Source of the DNA: Balanoglossus misakiensis
Taxonomy: Eukaryota > Animalia > Hemichordata
Direction: 5' to 3'
Assembly (NCBI GenBank): GCA_040954595.2
Contig: CM082577.2
Coordinates: forward strand, 14,329,903-14,393,902
Length of the DNA: 64,000 bases
Below the pieces are notes generated by a model. It saw nothing but the letters and a program-made list of their open reading frames with translations. It had not been told where the DNA came from and searched no databases. Both the position numbers and the translations under genes were made by a program. This document shows positions 13,631-24,334 of the stretch, one piece after another (within the stretch, counting starts at the first letter, position 1; the number at the start of each line of letters is the position of its first letter).

Positions 13631-14427
13631 CAGTAGAAACACCTAGACAATGACAGAACAACAAACAATGAAGAATTTGCTGAGGCATTTATGTTTTTGA
13701 ATCGGACAGGAGACCACTGTTTGCCTCGACACATAACCTATTTTAGTGGCGGTTTGCCGTTGAGGTCATGAGATCATGAACCCCTAACCAATAAAAGTAC
13801 ACAATTCAATTTACAAATGACAAGAGTTTCACCGAGATTGTCAGAGACTCGCACGATTCAAGACTTTGTAGTGCGTGAATGAAAATCGCCGAAAAATAAC
13901 GCAAAGCTCTATTAATATGTATCATAACGATATTTTCAAAATAAGATTAATACAAATTGTTTTTCATTGGATAATTCGACATGATGCGTCTTAACGTAAA
14001 AGGTGAGTGCCTTAAGTAGAAATGCAGAACTTCACGTGAGCGACATGGCGGCGCCAAGCTGGGAGGTTCTATAGTTCTGCCAGAGGGCGGTATTCAGTAT
14101 ATTGACCCATGTAAACGTAACGTTACCATAGAGTCCGGATCAGGCGATGTTTGATGTCAGGGGTGTATTTTTACTACCCCGGCAGGAGATCGGTTGCGCG
14201 CATTGATATACCAATATTCGTCAGGTGAAGCAGCACATGCACAAGGATCCCAAGAAGACGAACGGGTCTCTTTGCGCTGAAAATCTTGTGACCGGGAAGG
14301 ACGAGTTAGAAGTTCAAGTGGCTGATACACATCGCAACAATCTAGTGTGTTACATAAGACAAGCAATATTGCAGTAACTGTTCTTCAACACGTCTTAATC
14401 ATCACAACGAAGACCAACGCGAAGATC

Positions 14428-14628
14428 ATGAAGTGTTCATTTGTTGTCGTCATTTTGTTGTGCTGTTTGCTTCCGGCGAATCCAGTGCCAGCCTTTTTAG
14501 AGATGCCACGACGGATCCATGAAGTGAATAAAGTTCGGTCAGATACGAAGATTGCCGCTGAAGGGATCATCGGAAAGATTGACAAAAACAAGCGGTGTGC
14601 ACACCTTGGCTGTCCTCCTGATTGTTGA
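14428..14628 (+). CDS. Small secreted prepropeptide, copy 2 (66 aa; mature CAHLGCPPDC); divergent, possibly truncated by a premature stop
   Basis: Signal and pro-region are paralogous to copy 1. The tail reads TGT CCT CCT GAT TGT TGA CGT CCA TAA TAT TGC, with TGA and TAA at the Cys and Pro codons of the copy-1 CC-L-P-P-Y-C motif. Confidence 0.65.
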   Translation: MKCSFVVVILLCCLLPANPVPAFLEMPRRIHEVNKVRSDTKIAAEGIIGKIDKNKRCAHLGCPPDC

Positions 14629-16444
14629 CGTCCATAATATTGCCATCCAATTGACAAGTATTCGAAGGATAAATTCGGATAGAAGAGCTACTACTTCCAG
14701 AATATATACTCTCTTTAAAATGGCCTGTTACAACTATAACCATAATTGTATAGGATTCTTTGGGACGAAGAAAAAATAGGTGTGTTATTTTAAAGACTCT
14801 ATAATGACTTCACACAAGTGGTCGTTGCCAGAATTATTATCCAAGAACTATGAATATCAGAATTCCCCGATCCTTAATTAGAATTTCCAAATGCCCAAGC
14901 CCAGCACTGACCACGAAAAGTGTCTCTGTACGTATAGCAACGCGTCTTACTTCATAGGAATACGGACTTCTAAGAAAGACACCAAAAAACTATTGATGAC
15001 TAAATCTCGTTGATGGAAGACACTAAACAGGAAGATAATCCTTAAATTTTCTTTCATACTTTCACTTGTATTGCCTTAATTTGTCTCTCTTTGATTTGAA
15101 TCAATTTTAGAGGTAAGATGATGGTTGTGATGATCATCGGACTCAGAATTTAGACGACTCACTTTCTTGTCATTTTGCACCGATCCCACAGAATGCAAAT
15201 GTGTAACACCATGTAGTTTGAACACTTTGGGACAAGGGATTTGTATCTGCCACATTTGGCGATTTACCGCAATTGAGTAATTGTTGATTCCCGCTAAACC
15301 TGATAATTTTACTTATCTGTAATCTGTGTGTTTTACGAGACAGAATAAAAATGCCATGTCAAAACATGACTGAGTTGTAATGAGTTCAATGTATCTGCAG
15401 AGAATGTTCTATAGGAAACTGAGAGCTGCTTATTCGACTACATTCCCTGGGTGTGACATTCTAGCGTTTAAGAATTCTTTGCGAAAGCAGTAGTGGCCGT
15501 TCATTATTGGGGCATGCATTCCCATGCCAGAGGACTGTTCTACTGTAACAAAAATTTGATAATAGTTGAAGACGTTTATGGACTATCTTGTAACAGTTTG
15601 TGGGGAGGAGGTGAACAGGTTTATGTCATCTAATTCAAGGTTTTATGTCAGGCCAAATATCAGTAGAAACACCTGGTAAAAGACAGAAAAACAAACAATG
15701 GAGAATTTCTGAGAGATTTATGATTTTTAATAGAACAGGCGACCACTGTTCGCCTCGACACTTAACCTGTTTTAGTGGCAGTCTGCAGTTGGGGTCATGA
15801 GATCATGAACTCCGAACAAATAAAAGTACACAATTCATTTATAAATGACAAGAGTTACACCGAGTTTGTCAGAGATTAACAAGATTCACTACTTTGTAGT
15901 GCGTGAATGAATATCGCTGAGAAATAACGCAAAACTCTCTTAATATGTATCACAACGATATTTTAGAAATAAGATTGATACAAATAGTTTTCCGTTGGAT
16001 AATTCGTCTTAACGTAAAATGTGAATGCCATAAGTGGAAATGCGGAACTTCACTTGAGCGGTCACGGCGGCGCCAAGATGACAGGTTCGATACTTTTGCC
16101 AGAGGGTGGTATTTAGTATCTTGGCCCATGTAAACGTGGCGTTACCATAGAGTCCGGATCAGGCGATGTTTGTTGTTCTAGGTGTTTTTATTACCCCGGC
16201 AGGAGTTCGGTTTCGCGCATTGATATACCAATATTCGTCAGGTGAAGCAGCACATGCACAACGATCCAAAGAAGACGGACGGGTCTCTTTGTGCTGAAAA
16301 TCTTGTGACCGGGAAGGACGAGTTAGAAGTTCAAGTGGCTGATACACAACGCAACCATCTAGTGTGTTACATCAGACAAGCAATATTGCAGTAACTGTTC
16401 TTCAACACTTCTTAATCATCAGAACGAAGACCAACGCGAAGATC

Positions 16445-16669
16445 ATGAAGTGTTCATTTGTTGTCGTCATTTTGCTGTGCTGTTTGATTCCGGCGAATTC
16501 GGTGCCAGCCTTTTTAGAGGTGCCACGACGGATCCACGAAGTGAATAAAGTTCGGCCAAATATGAAAATTGGAGCCGAACGAGTCATCGAAGAAACTGAC
16601 AAAAACAAACGAGGTGATCACCTTCAAAGGGTGTGTCCTCCAATGTGCTGCCTCCCTCCATATTGCTGA
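16445..16669 (+). CDS. Small secreted prepropeptide, copy 3 (74 aa); predicted mature peptide GDHLQRVCPPMCCLPPYC
   Basis: Protein identical to copy 1 except E>D in the mature region. Confidence 0.8.
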   Translation: MKCSFVVVILLCCLIPANSVPAFLEVPRRIHEVNKVRPNMKIGAERVIEETDKNKRGDHLQRVCPPMCCLPPYC

Positions 16670-18200
16670 TCGATCACCATAACTATTATGAAACAAGCGG
16701 GGTGCCACCCTTGAATGCGAATGTCTGCCTGACTATTGACGTCTACATTATTGCTTTCAAATTTACAAGAATTCGAAGGAAAATACACAGATGAAAAACT
16801 TCTACTTCCAGAATATGTACTGTCTTTGAAATAGTATGTTACAACTATAACCTTAACTGCATATAGGAATCTTTGGGACAATGAATAACAGAACCTATAA
16901 TGACTTCACACAAGTGGACGGTGCCAGAATTATTATCCAAGAACTATAAATAACAGAATTCCCCGATCCTTAATAGGCATATCCAATTGTCCAAGCCCAG
17001 CACTGACCAGGAAAAGTGTCTCTCTACGTATGGCCACGAGTCTTACTTAGGAATACGGACTGCTATGAAAAACGCCACAAAACTATTGATGACTAAATCT
17101 CGTTGATAGAAGACACTAAACAGGAAGATAATCCTTAAATTTTCTTTCATACTTTCACTTGTATTGCCTTAATTTGTCTCTCTTTGATTTGAATCAATTT
17201 TAGAGGTAAGATGATGGTTGTGATGATCATCGGACTCTGTCACATTTGGCGACTTGCCGTAATTTAGTAATTATTGATTTTCATAATTGAGTAATTATTG
17301 ATTCCCGCTAAGAAACCTGATAATTTTACTTATCTGTAATCTGTGTGTTTTACGACTCAGACAAAATACAGATCCCATGTCAAAACATGACTGAGTTGTC
17401 ATGAGTTCAATGTATCCGGCAGAGAATGCTCTGTAGGAAACTGAGGGCTGCTTATTCGACTACATTCCCTGGGTGTGACATTCTAGCGTTTAAGAAGTCT
17501 TTGCGAAAGCAGTGCTGTTCTTAATGGGGGCATACATTTCCATGGCATAGGACTGTTCTACTATAACCAAAATTTGATAATAGTTGAAAATGTTCATGGA
17601 CTATTTTGTCACAGTTTGTGGGGAGGAGGTGAACAGGTTTATGCCACCAAGGTCTTATGTTCAGGCCAATTATCAGTAGAAACACCTACAAAATGACAGA
17701 ACAACAAACAATGAAGAATTTGCTGAGAGATTTACGTTTTAAATCGGACAGGCGACCACTGTTTGCCTCGACACATAAACTATGTTTTTGGCGGTCTGCA
17801 GTTGGGGTCATGAGATCATGAACCCCTAACCAATAAAAGTACACAATTCAATATACAAATGACAAGAGTTTCACCGAGTTTGTCAGAGACTCACACGATT
17901 CAAGACTTTGTAGTGCGGGAATGAATATCACTGAGAAATAACGCAAAGCTCTCTTAATATGTATCACAACGATATTTTCAAAATAAGATTAATACAAATT
18001 GTTTTTCATTGGATAATTCGACATGATTCGTCTTAACGTAAAAGGTGAGTGCCTTAAGTGGAAATGTGGTACTTCACGTGAGCGACATGGCGGCGCCAAG
18101 CTGGGAGGTTCTATAGTTCTGCCAGAGGGCGGTATTCAGTATTTTGCCCCTGGTAAACGTGACGTAACCAAGGTGTCTGGCCCGGCGATGTTTGACTTAA

Positions 18201-19739
18201 AGGCGGAACTCCCGTGTAAAAGCGCGAGAGCACGCGAGAGTTGGCATAATGGTTGGAGATTCAAACTCACTAACAACAGAACGGACGTTGTCCATAAAAG
18301 ACAGTAAATTTAGGTCTACCGATGATTTTTTTTCTCTAAATTCAGAAAGGAGTGCATGAGTTTATTTAGCACGACATCCGCGGTTTCTGGTGCAATACAA
18401 TTTGAAAATACTTTCGAAAACCGAAGATGAAATCATTTTGTCCCCGAGATATGACCGGTATATCGGTACGATGTTCAGTTTGAATCTGCGTGATTGACAT
18501 ATTATGCAAATCAAAATTGGGCACCATTGATACATTTTGGCGTTGATTGCAAAGTGTGCGTGACCTGAAAATGGGGATATGATCATACCAAATTTATCAC
18601 ACATGAACATGCACACATCCATAAAAATCGGTAGTTCTCTTCTTGGAAATTGTGTTGGTCCTGAAATGGACCGTTTGTATTTGTGTACCAACCGTACAAA
18701 GTGAAGAGGGGAAAGCCTCATCAGTGCCATTTATGCCCAACGTAAGAAACACCGGGTAAATTCGGGAAGAGACCACGGACTAGCCAAGACTGCCTATGTG
18801 TGGTAACACATTGTGATCAAAAACAAAATTCACAGGAGTTGACCGAATCTCCGGAAGCCGATGTGCTCATGGACACGGTGTTTACTTCGACGGCTGTTGC
18901 ATCCGATAGACTGGCAGTGTCCCCCGCAACAAACTCGCCGGTAGCCGATACCACGCACAGTACTAACCCCCGCGGCAGCCAGGTGAACTTATCATATGTG
19001 CCCCCGCCGGTCGATGACCGAAAGCTCCCATTTATTCATGGCAGAGAAAATTGCCAGTGCTTTCTCCTGCTCTTCAGTGACCGCTATCTTGATAATTCGG
19101 GTCGACATGATAGATTCAGCTGACAACACGTTCCGCGTGTACGTAAGAACTAGCTGGATCGCTTGGGTTTGGCGGGCGCGACCCGTACGAAGTTTTGGTA
19201 AAATGTTGCAATTCTACTCACACTTTTGCGCCAATATTTGGTAGTAAATTTATCGCATGCAAGTCATCACAATATCAAAGTTCTGTTCTAATAATAACAA
19301 ATTATAATCATATAACAACAAAAGTCTGCAAATCATGATGCAAACTGAGGCCGTCGAAGCAAATAATCAACAGTGTCCAGCTGGTCCACCTACTCGACCC
19401 ATCAGAGATTCAACTCGCGATCGGAGCCAAGTGAATCGCCGCAGGGGGACCTACCCGTCCGACAGCAGTGAATGCATGAGACAAGCAACGAAATTTGAAA
19501 AGGAAGTTGGGCTGGTACGAGTTCAAAAAACGTCCGTATTCAAAACTGTGGGGAAAATGGTTGGAAGTACTGTATCGTGTATGAAAAATAAACACGTGCA
19601 GATGTTTACATTTTGAGTGCGTGTTCCATTTCGGAGGTGAGAGGTCAATTGTTGTAACAATATATAGTGGCGTCATAGTTTTAGCCACGCCCACATTTAT
19701 TGATTTTTGCTCGGTAGGGCCCTACCGAGCGTTCCGCCT
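18201..19739. mobile_element. 1,539-bp non-autonomous TTAA-targeting DNA transposon (Kolobok-like purine-starting termini)
   Basis: TTAA|AGGCGGAAC...GTTCCGCCT|TTAA. It interrupts the fourth array unit, whose sequence resumes at ~19747 (GTCAGGTGAAGCAGCACATGCACA). A 22-bp palindrome GCTCGGTAGGGCCCTACCGAGC abuts the right TIR. No transposase ORF seen. Confidence 0.7.
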
Positions 19740-19770
19740 TTAAGAAGTCAGGTGAAGCAGCACATGCACA

Positions 19771-20028
19771 TAGTCTTGTCCCCAGACCCATTCCCACCGC
19801 TGGCTGTGCTACGCTAAAAGGAAACGGTTTAGGTACGTACGAACCGCCATCTTGGCCAAAAAGCTGGTCCGCATATTATAATTAAACAAAGACCATGTGA
19901 TCATAAGCAAGATGGATGCCCCCAATCTCCGTACGCCAATGAGAACCATGTTTACAATAGCCCGTGACTGACCCTCTTCTTTTCGAGTAACGCAGCCAAC
20001 GGTTGGTATGGGTCAGGGAACCAGACTA
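19771..20028. mobile_element. MITE family A, second copy (reverse orientation), TA-flanked
   Basis: TA-GTCT...AGAC-TA termini. The interior (AAAGACCATGTGATCATAA...GATGGATGCC) is the reverse complement of 2570-2605. Confidence 0.75.
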
Positions 20029-20505
20029 CCTGAGATATAGATGCTCTCGAACACTCACCCAGCCGAGCGCGAGTGTGATATTATTTTTTCCTGAAGACGA
20101 ACGACGCCAACAGTCACACATAAATCTGATCAAATAATCAATATTACTATTCATATTTCAAAATAAAGCTCTGCAACATGTGATTATGGAAGAGGATAGG
20201 ATTCGGTAGCGGCATACACCATTGATGTACACATACGTTAAGTGCAACACTTGTCACAGACACCAGACAAATGGCATACAGAATGTAGCAACGACAACTT
20301 TTGAATTTCACGCCTTAAAAAGGTAGATCCGGATATTTAACGCGTACACCCGCGTCTTTCAAATATGGTCACAGGGCCGTGGCGTGCTAAGCAAAAAACT
20401 ACACGGATGTGAGGGCGCTTTTCCCCTTAGACTTACATGGGCACGCGATTCTAGGCATATCAAACGAATTAACCCCGCCCCTTGCCTTACTCATGAATAT
20501 TCTTA

Positions 20506-21092
20506 TCAAATATATGTGCACAGAAACGTACAGTCGCTTTGCCTGGCGTCGCATCGTAAGTTCCATTCATTATCGACAGGCACAGCGACTGCCATAGAAT
20601 CTAACTTTACTATATCAGAGAATTAAAAGGTTTGTGAAATACCTTTATAGTGTATGGTAATGTAATGGCCTGTCCTTTATACATCCTTATCTTTGTGACG
20701 ATGCTTCACTAGCATACTTATAATAAAGTATGAACATTTTAAAGTTAGTGAATGCCACATAATTGATCACAACTGGCGGTAGTCCTCTCTCATTAATTTA
20801 AACAGGAATTTAAGTACTTGTAATTACTGTTGCCATTATACCTGAATGTTAGTGCAAATTGGCTGTAAGTATACCCTGACTGGTATTATGATTATTATAT
20901 AAACATCAGTTTGTCTTTACTTGGTATAACGCTTGCGCTACAGAGAGATATTACGACTAAAATCAATCTTCGATTGTGTTTTTGTCTCAAACCAATGATG
21001 GCATGTGCAAAATGCGTGGATGAAATGTGTAGACTGACAAATAGCACTGCGCCAAACACTAGTATGCTGCGAAGTAGACTAGGATTGGCCAT
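20506..21092 (-). CDS. Possible small secreted protein: signal-peptide exon 21092-20993 with tentative exon 20600-20506
   Basis: MANPSLLRSILVFGAVLFVSLHISSTHFAHA looks like a signal peptide and is followed by a G|GTTTGA donor. The tentative exon 2 has a weak acceptor and adds DSMAVAVPVDNEWNLRCDARQSDCTFLCTYI*. Confidence 0.25.
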
Positions 21093-23788
21093 GCCGGTTA
21101 TCCATGACAAGGTTGACACATGCGCATCGCTCTGCTGGCGTAAATGACCCCACCAAAGACATTTAGACAACCCCGAGACAATTTGGTTTGACACGTTGGT
21201 TGCACGGTTGAACGCTTGGCTCAGTTTATCGTACAAAGGTAAGTGTTCCGGCCTTTTCTTATGGTAGAATTTACAAAGATACATCTTACGGCAACCAAAA
21301 CTATAACATTGAGAAACAGCGTTGTTACTGAGTCATATATAGGTATTTTTTCTTTAAGTTTATTACTTAAACTCCTGGGGGTTTTTTTAGGAAGTAGTCT
21401 TTCTTTCGTACGTGAGATGCCACAAAATGTTCAGTTGTCGCCGTGAAATTTATTACCGTCGGAACAGTTGGTATCTTCCGACCGCATTCTCTCGCCTGTA
21501 TGTCACGTTGCCCTAGTTATCGCTTTTCTGGGGGGATCCTTGTCCTTAGAGCACCAGCGATCGAGGTCAACAACCGATGTGACCTCGGACAATACTCTCC
21601 ACGTCCCAGCCCCCACTTTTTTATAGGTCACCTTAAAAGTTCGATTGTGCTATACCTCTACTTTCATCTTTACAGTGAAAGCTGCAGAGAATTTAAATTA
21701 TTTTCAACAGTTGACACCATTTTATCTCTATGCAGACGTGACTGAAAATGACTGACTTCGAATTTTCCTCTCTCACCGCAACACTGGTTTTACTGACTAC
21801 AATAACCGCCATTATTATTTGGTTAGTATGTGACGTATTTGATCTGACATTTACCCTTTTCCTTGTCTATATATTGACTTGTTCTGCTTTCAAAGCATAC
21901 AGCAGTTCCCAATGTTCTGTCTGTGACATAATCTGTATATGTGTACCATTGTGTAATGTGCAGACCCCACGCTGGCAGCTTTGATATGCTTGAAAAGGCT
22001 TCGGTATTTTTGGAGAGTACTCAATTCTGGAGGTCACTCAGTCTGTGGTTTACTGCGTAAAGTGGCCGGGGTCAGACCCTGGCCTGACCTTACGGTCAGG
22101 CCTGACACAGACTAAGTGACAAAACACAATTGCTCTCAGCCCAAGCTAAGAATAAGACAAAGACGGTTACAATACAATTCTGATAAAAGATGTTCCCCTG
22201 GGAGTTGAGCTTGCGTGCTAAATGCTGGGTGTTAGCGCCAAATTACAATTTGGCGCGAATATTCGCCTAGCAGCTAGGCCGAAAATGGGCCCTTATTTAA
22301 GTGTCATGACACCACTGTTGATGAAAAATGAGTTCTCATTCGGACTTGAAATAAATTCCCCCTAAAATCAACGCTGACTTTACACAATACGCGGTGTTGA
22401 TAAGCTGCATGAATACCCGGCATTCCATAACGCTTCAGGTACCTTTCTACCCGCCTGTAATCAAGAGCTTTAAACACTCATTTCCAGGTGGTCTGTCTCA
22501 CCGTTTACATTCTTTGCGAACTGCAACGTTTCTGGGCCGAGACCATGGCCGTTTGTTGGCAACGTGATCCATCTTTATGGTGGTAAAACACTTTCCATAA
22601 AACCGTGATGGAAATGATACGCCAGTATGGAGACGTATTCTGGTAAGTTAATTCTAAATTGTCCACTGTATAAAGGCTTTATTTAAATATGCCCAGATAT
22701 GAGCGTGAACAAATACGAGTCGTCTGCGATATGGTAGGTCTACAGGTCGAGCTTAATTACAATGTACGCCATCATAACATTACGATACACCCAATTGAAC
22801 TGCTATGATAAAGTAAAACATTTGCAATTGTACCCGTGAAAAGTCCAAAGCTCACTTGGTCAATTGCATGGCCAGTTTCAACGACAAACACAAGCAATAC
22901 AGCACAAAGCAACACAGATCAGAATCAAGTACGTGTAAGAAAGACATATGGAACAAAGACATAAAACCGCATGAGTAAACAACACCAGCAATACTTTACC
23001 CGGCGGTAGAGGGCGACATCAACGATGTAAACGTTAAAACACAGTGCGGCAAAGCTCCGTGTGTAACGCAAGCGACGTTTATATGCATTTGAAACGCCGC
23101 CGATTTTTGAATGACGACAAGAATGACGTCCATGTGATCAATAAATGTTTGTCATTTACAGTTGGTATGAAGGTATGGCTCCTTTCATTACGATTACTGA
23201 CCCGAAGTTGCTGAAAGAGATTCTTATCAGACACTTCAGCAAATTTCAGGATAGAAATGTGAGTGTCAAATTTCTTTTGCTATTAGTTATAGCATGTAAT
23301 TATAGGCTACATCTGGCGGAGAGAACAATATAATTTTAAATGTGGTAAGATGCCGTACAGAACGCCCTTTCCGTTCGTCGATAGGTTCAAGGCGCCCAAA
23401 CTCGCCGTGTATAGGTATTCACTTTCACTGCGGACAGACCCCCCTCAAATGTAAACAAAAAAGATGTCTGCTCACTGTGTACCGTGTTTCAGCTGAGCAG
23501 TGATGATCGATCGTACCGGTGCTTTGAAACCCAAATAATATGCAACGCAAAAACTAACGGAGATGTTGTGAAAATACCGCGAAGTATGCATTCGGACATT
23601 CGCGTCCGCACCGCCCTCCTCTACGCATCGGACAATACGCGGCGATAATGTCCTGGTACCCCCATGAATACTTTGCGATATTATCGTAATAACCCCATAA
23701 TAACACCACGTGTCATATATACAGACCACCCATTGCTGCGCGACACGTTGTCGACACAGTGAACTTGTTTTACGGTTACAGTGGATCG

Positions 23789-24252
23789 TACGGTAGCCCG
23801 TATGTGACAGACCAATTCACTAATTAAGTGTACACAACTTTAATTTTGTCCCGACAAAACTCTCTAATTGGTGGACACAACTCTAACTTTGTCGGACAAA
23901 ACTCTCTAATTGGTGGACACAACTCTAACTTTGTTGGACAAAACTCTCTAATTGGTGGACACAACTCTAACTTTGTCGGACAAAACTCTCTAATTGGTGG
24001 ACACAAAACTCTCTAATTGGTGGACACAACTCTAACTTTGTCGGACAAAACTCTCTAAATTTGTCGGACACAACTCTCAAATTGATGGACACAACTCTAA
24101 TTTCGCCTGACACAGCCCTTTATTTGTTGGACACAACTCTAATTTTGATGGGCGCAACTTTCTAATTTTGTCGGACACAACTCTTATTCGCGTGGACAAA
24201 ACTTTCTTTTGCTCAAGGCGGAAATTCACTATATATCCCACAATACAGTTCG
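23789..24252 (+). repeat. Left TIR (464 bp) built from 42-bp tandem subrepeats
   Basis: Unit AAAACTCTCTAATTGGTGGACACAACTCTAACTTTGTCGGAC. Reverse complement of 29017-29436, with one extra unit. Confidence 0.92.
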
Positions 24253-24334
24253 CGTCAACGTCACTGGATATTACTGCCATTTGAGTCTGATGCATGATGC
24301 AGGAGATGGAGTTACACTACATCCTTCAAACAAA

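Larger units (their letters stand above)
10060..19770 (+). repeat. Tandem array of ~2-kb gene units: three complete (about 10380-12510, 13631-15660, 15661-17672) plus two upstream-region-only remnants (about 10060-10375, 17673-19770)
   Basis: Shared blocks GACAGAA(C/A)AACAAACAATG, GGAACTTCACGTGAG, CAGAGGGCGGTATTCAGTAT and GTCAGGTGAAGCAGCACATGCACA recur in the same order in each unit, as do the 3' flanks of the complete units. Confidence 0.92.

Noticed and set aside
18362-19694. ORFs inside the TTAA element as a THAP or transposase remnant
   Set aside because: No THAP C2CH or DDE motif was recognisable by eye.
23824-24060. Regular 42-bp repeats resembling a CRISPR array or repeat-protein ORFs
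   Set aside because: There are no unique spacers. These are subrepeats of the transposon TIR, mirrored at 29200-29400, in eukaryotic DNA with no cas genes.
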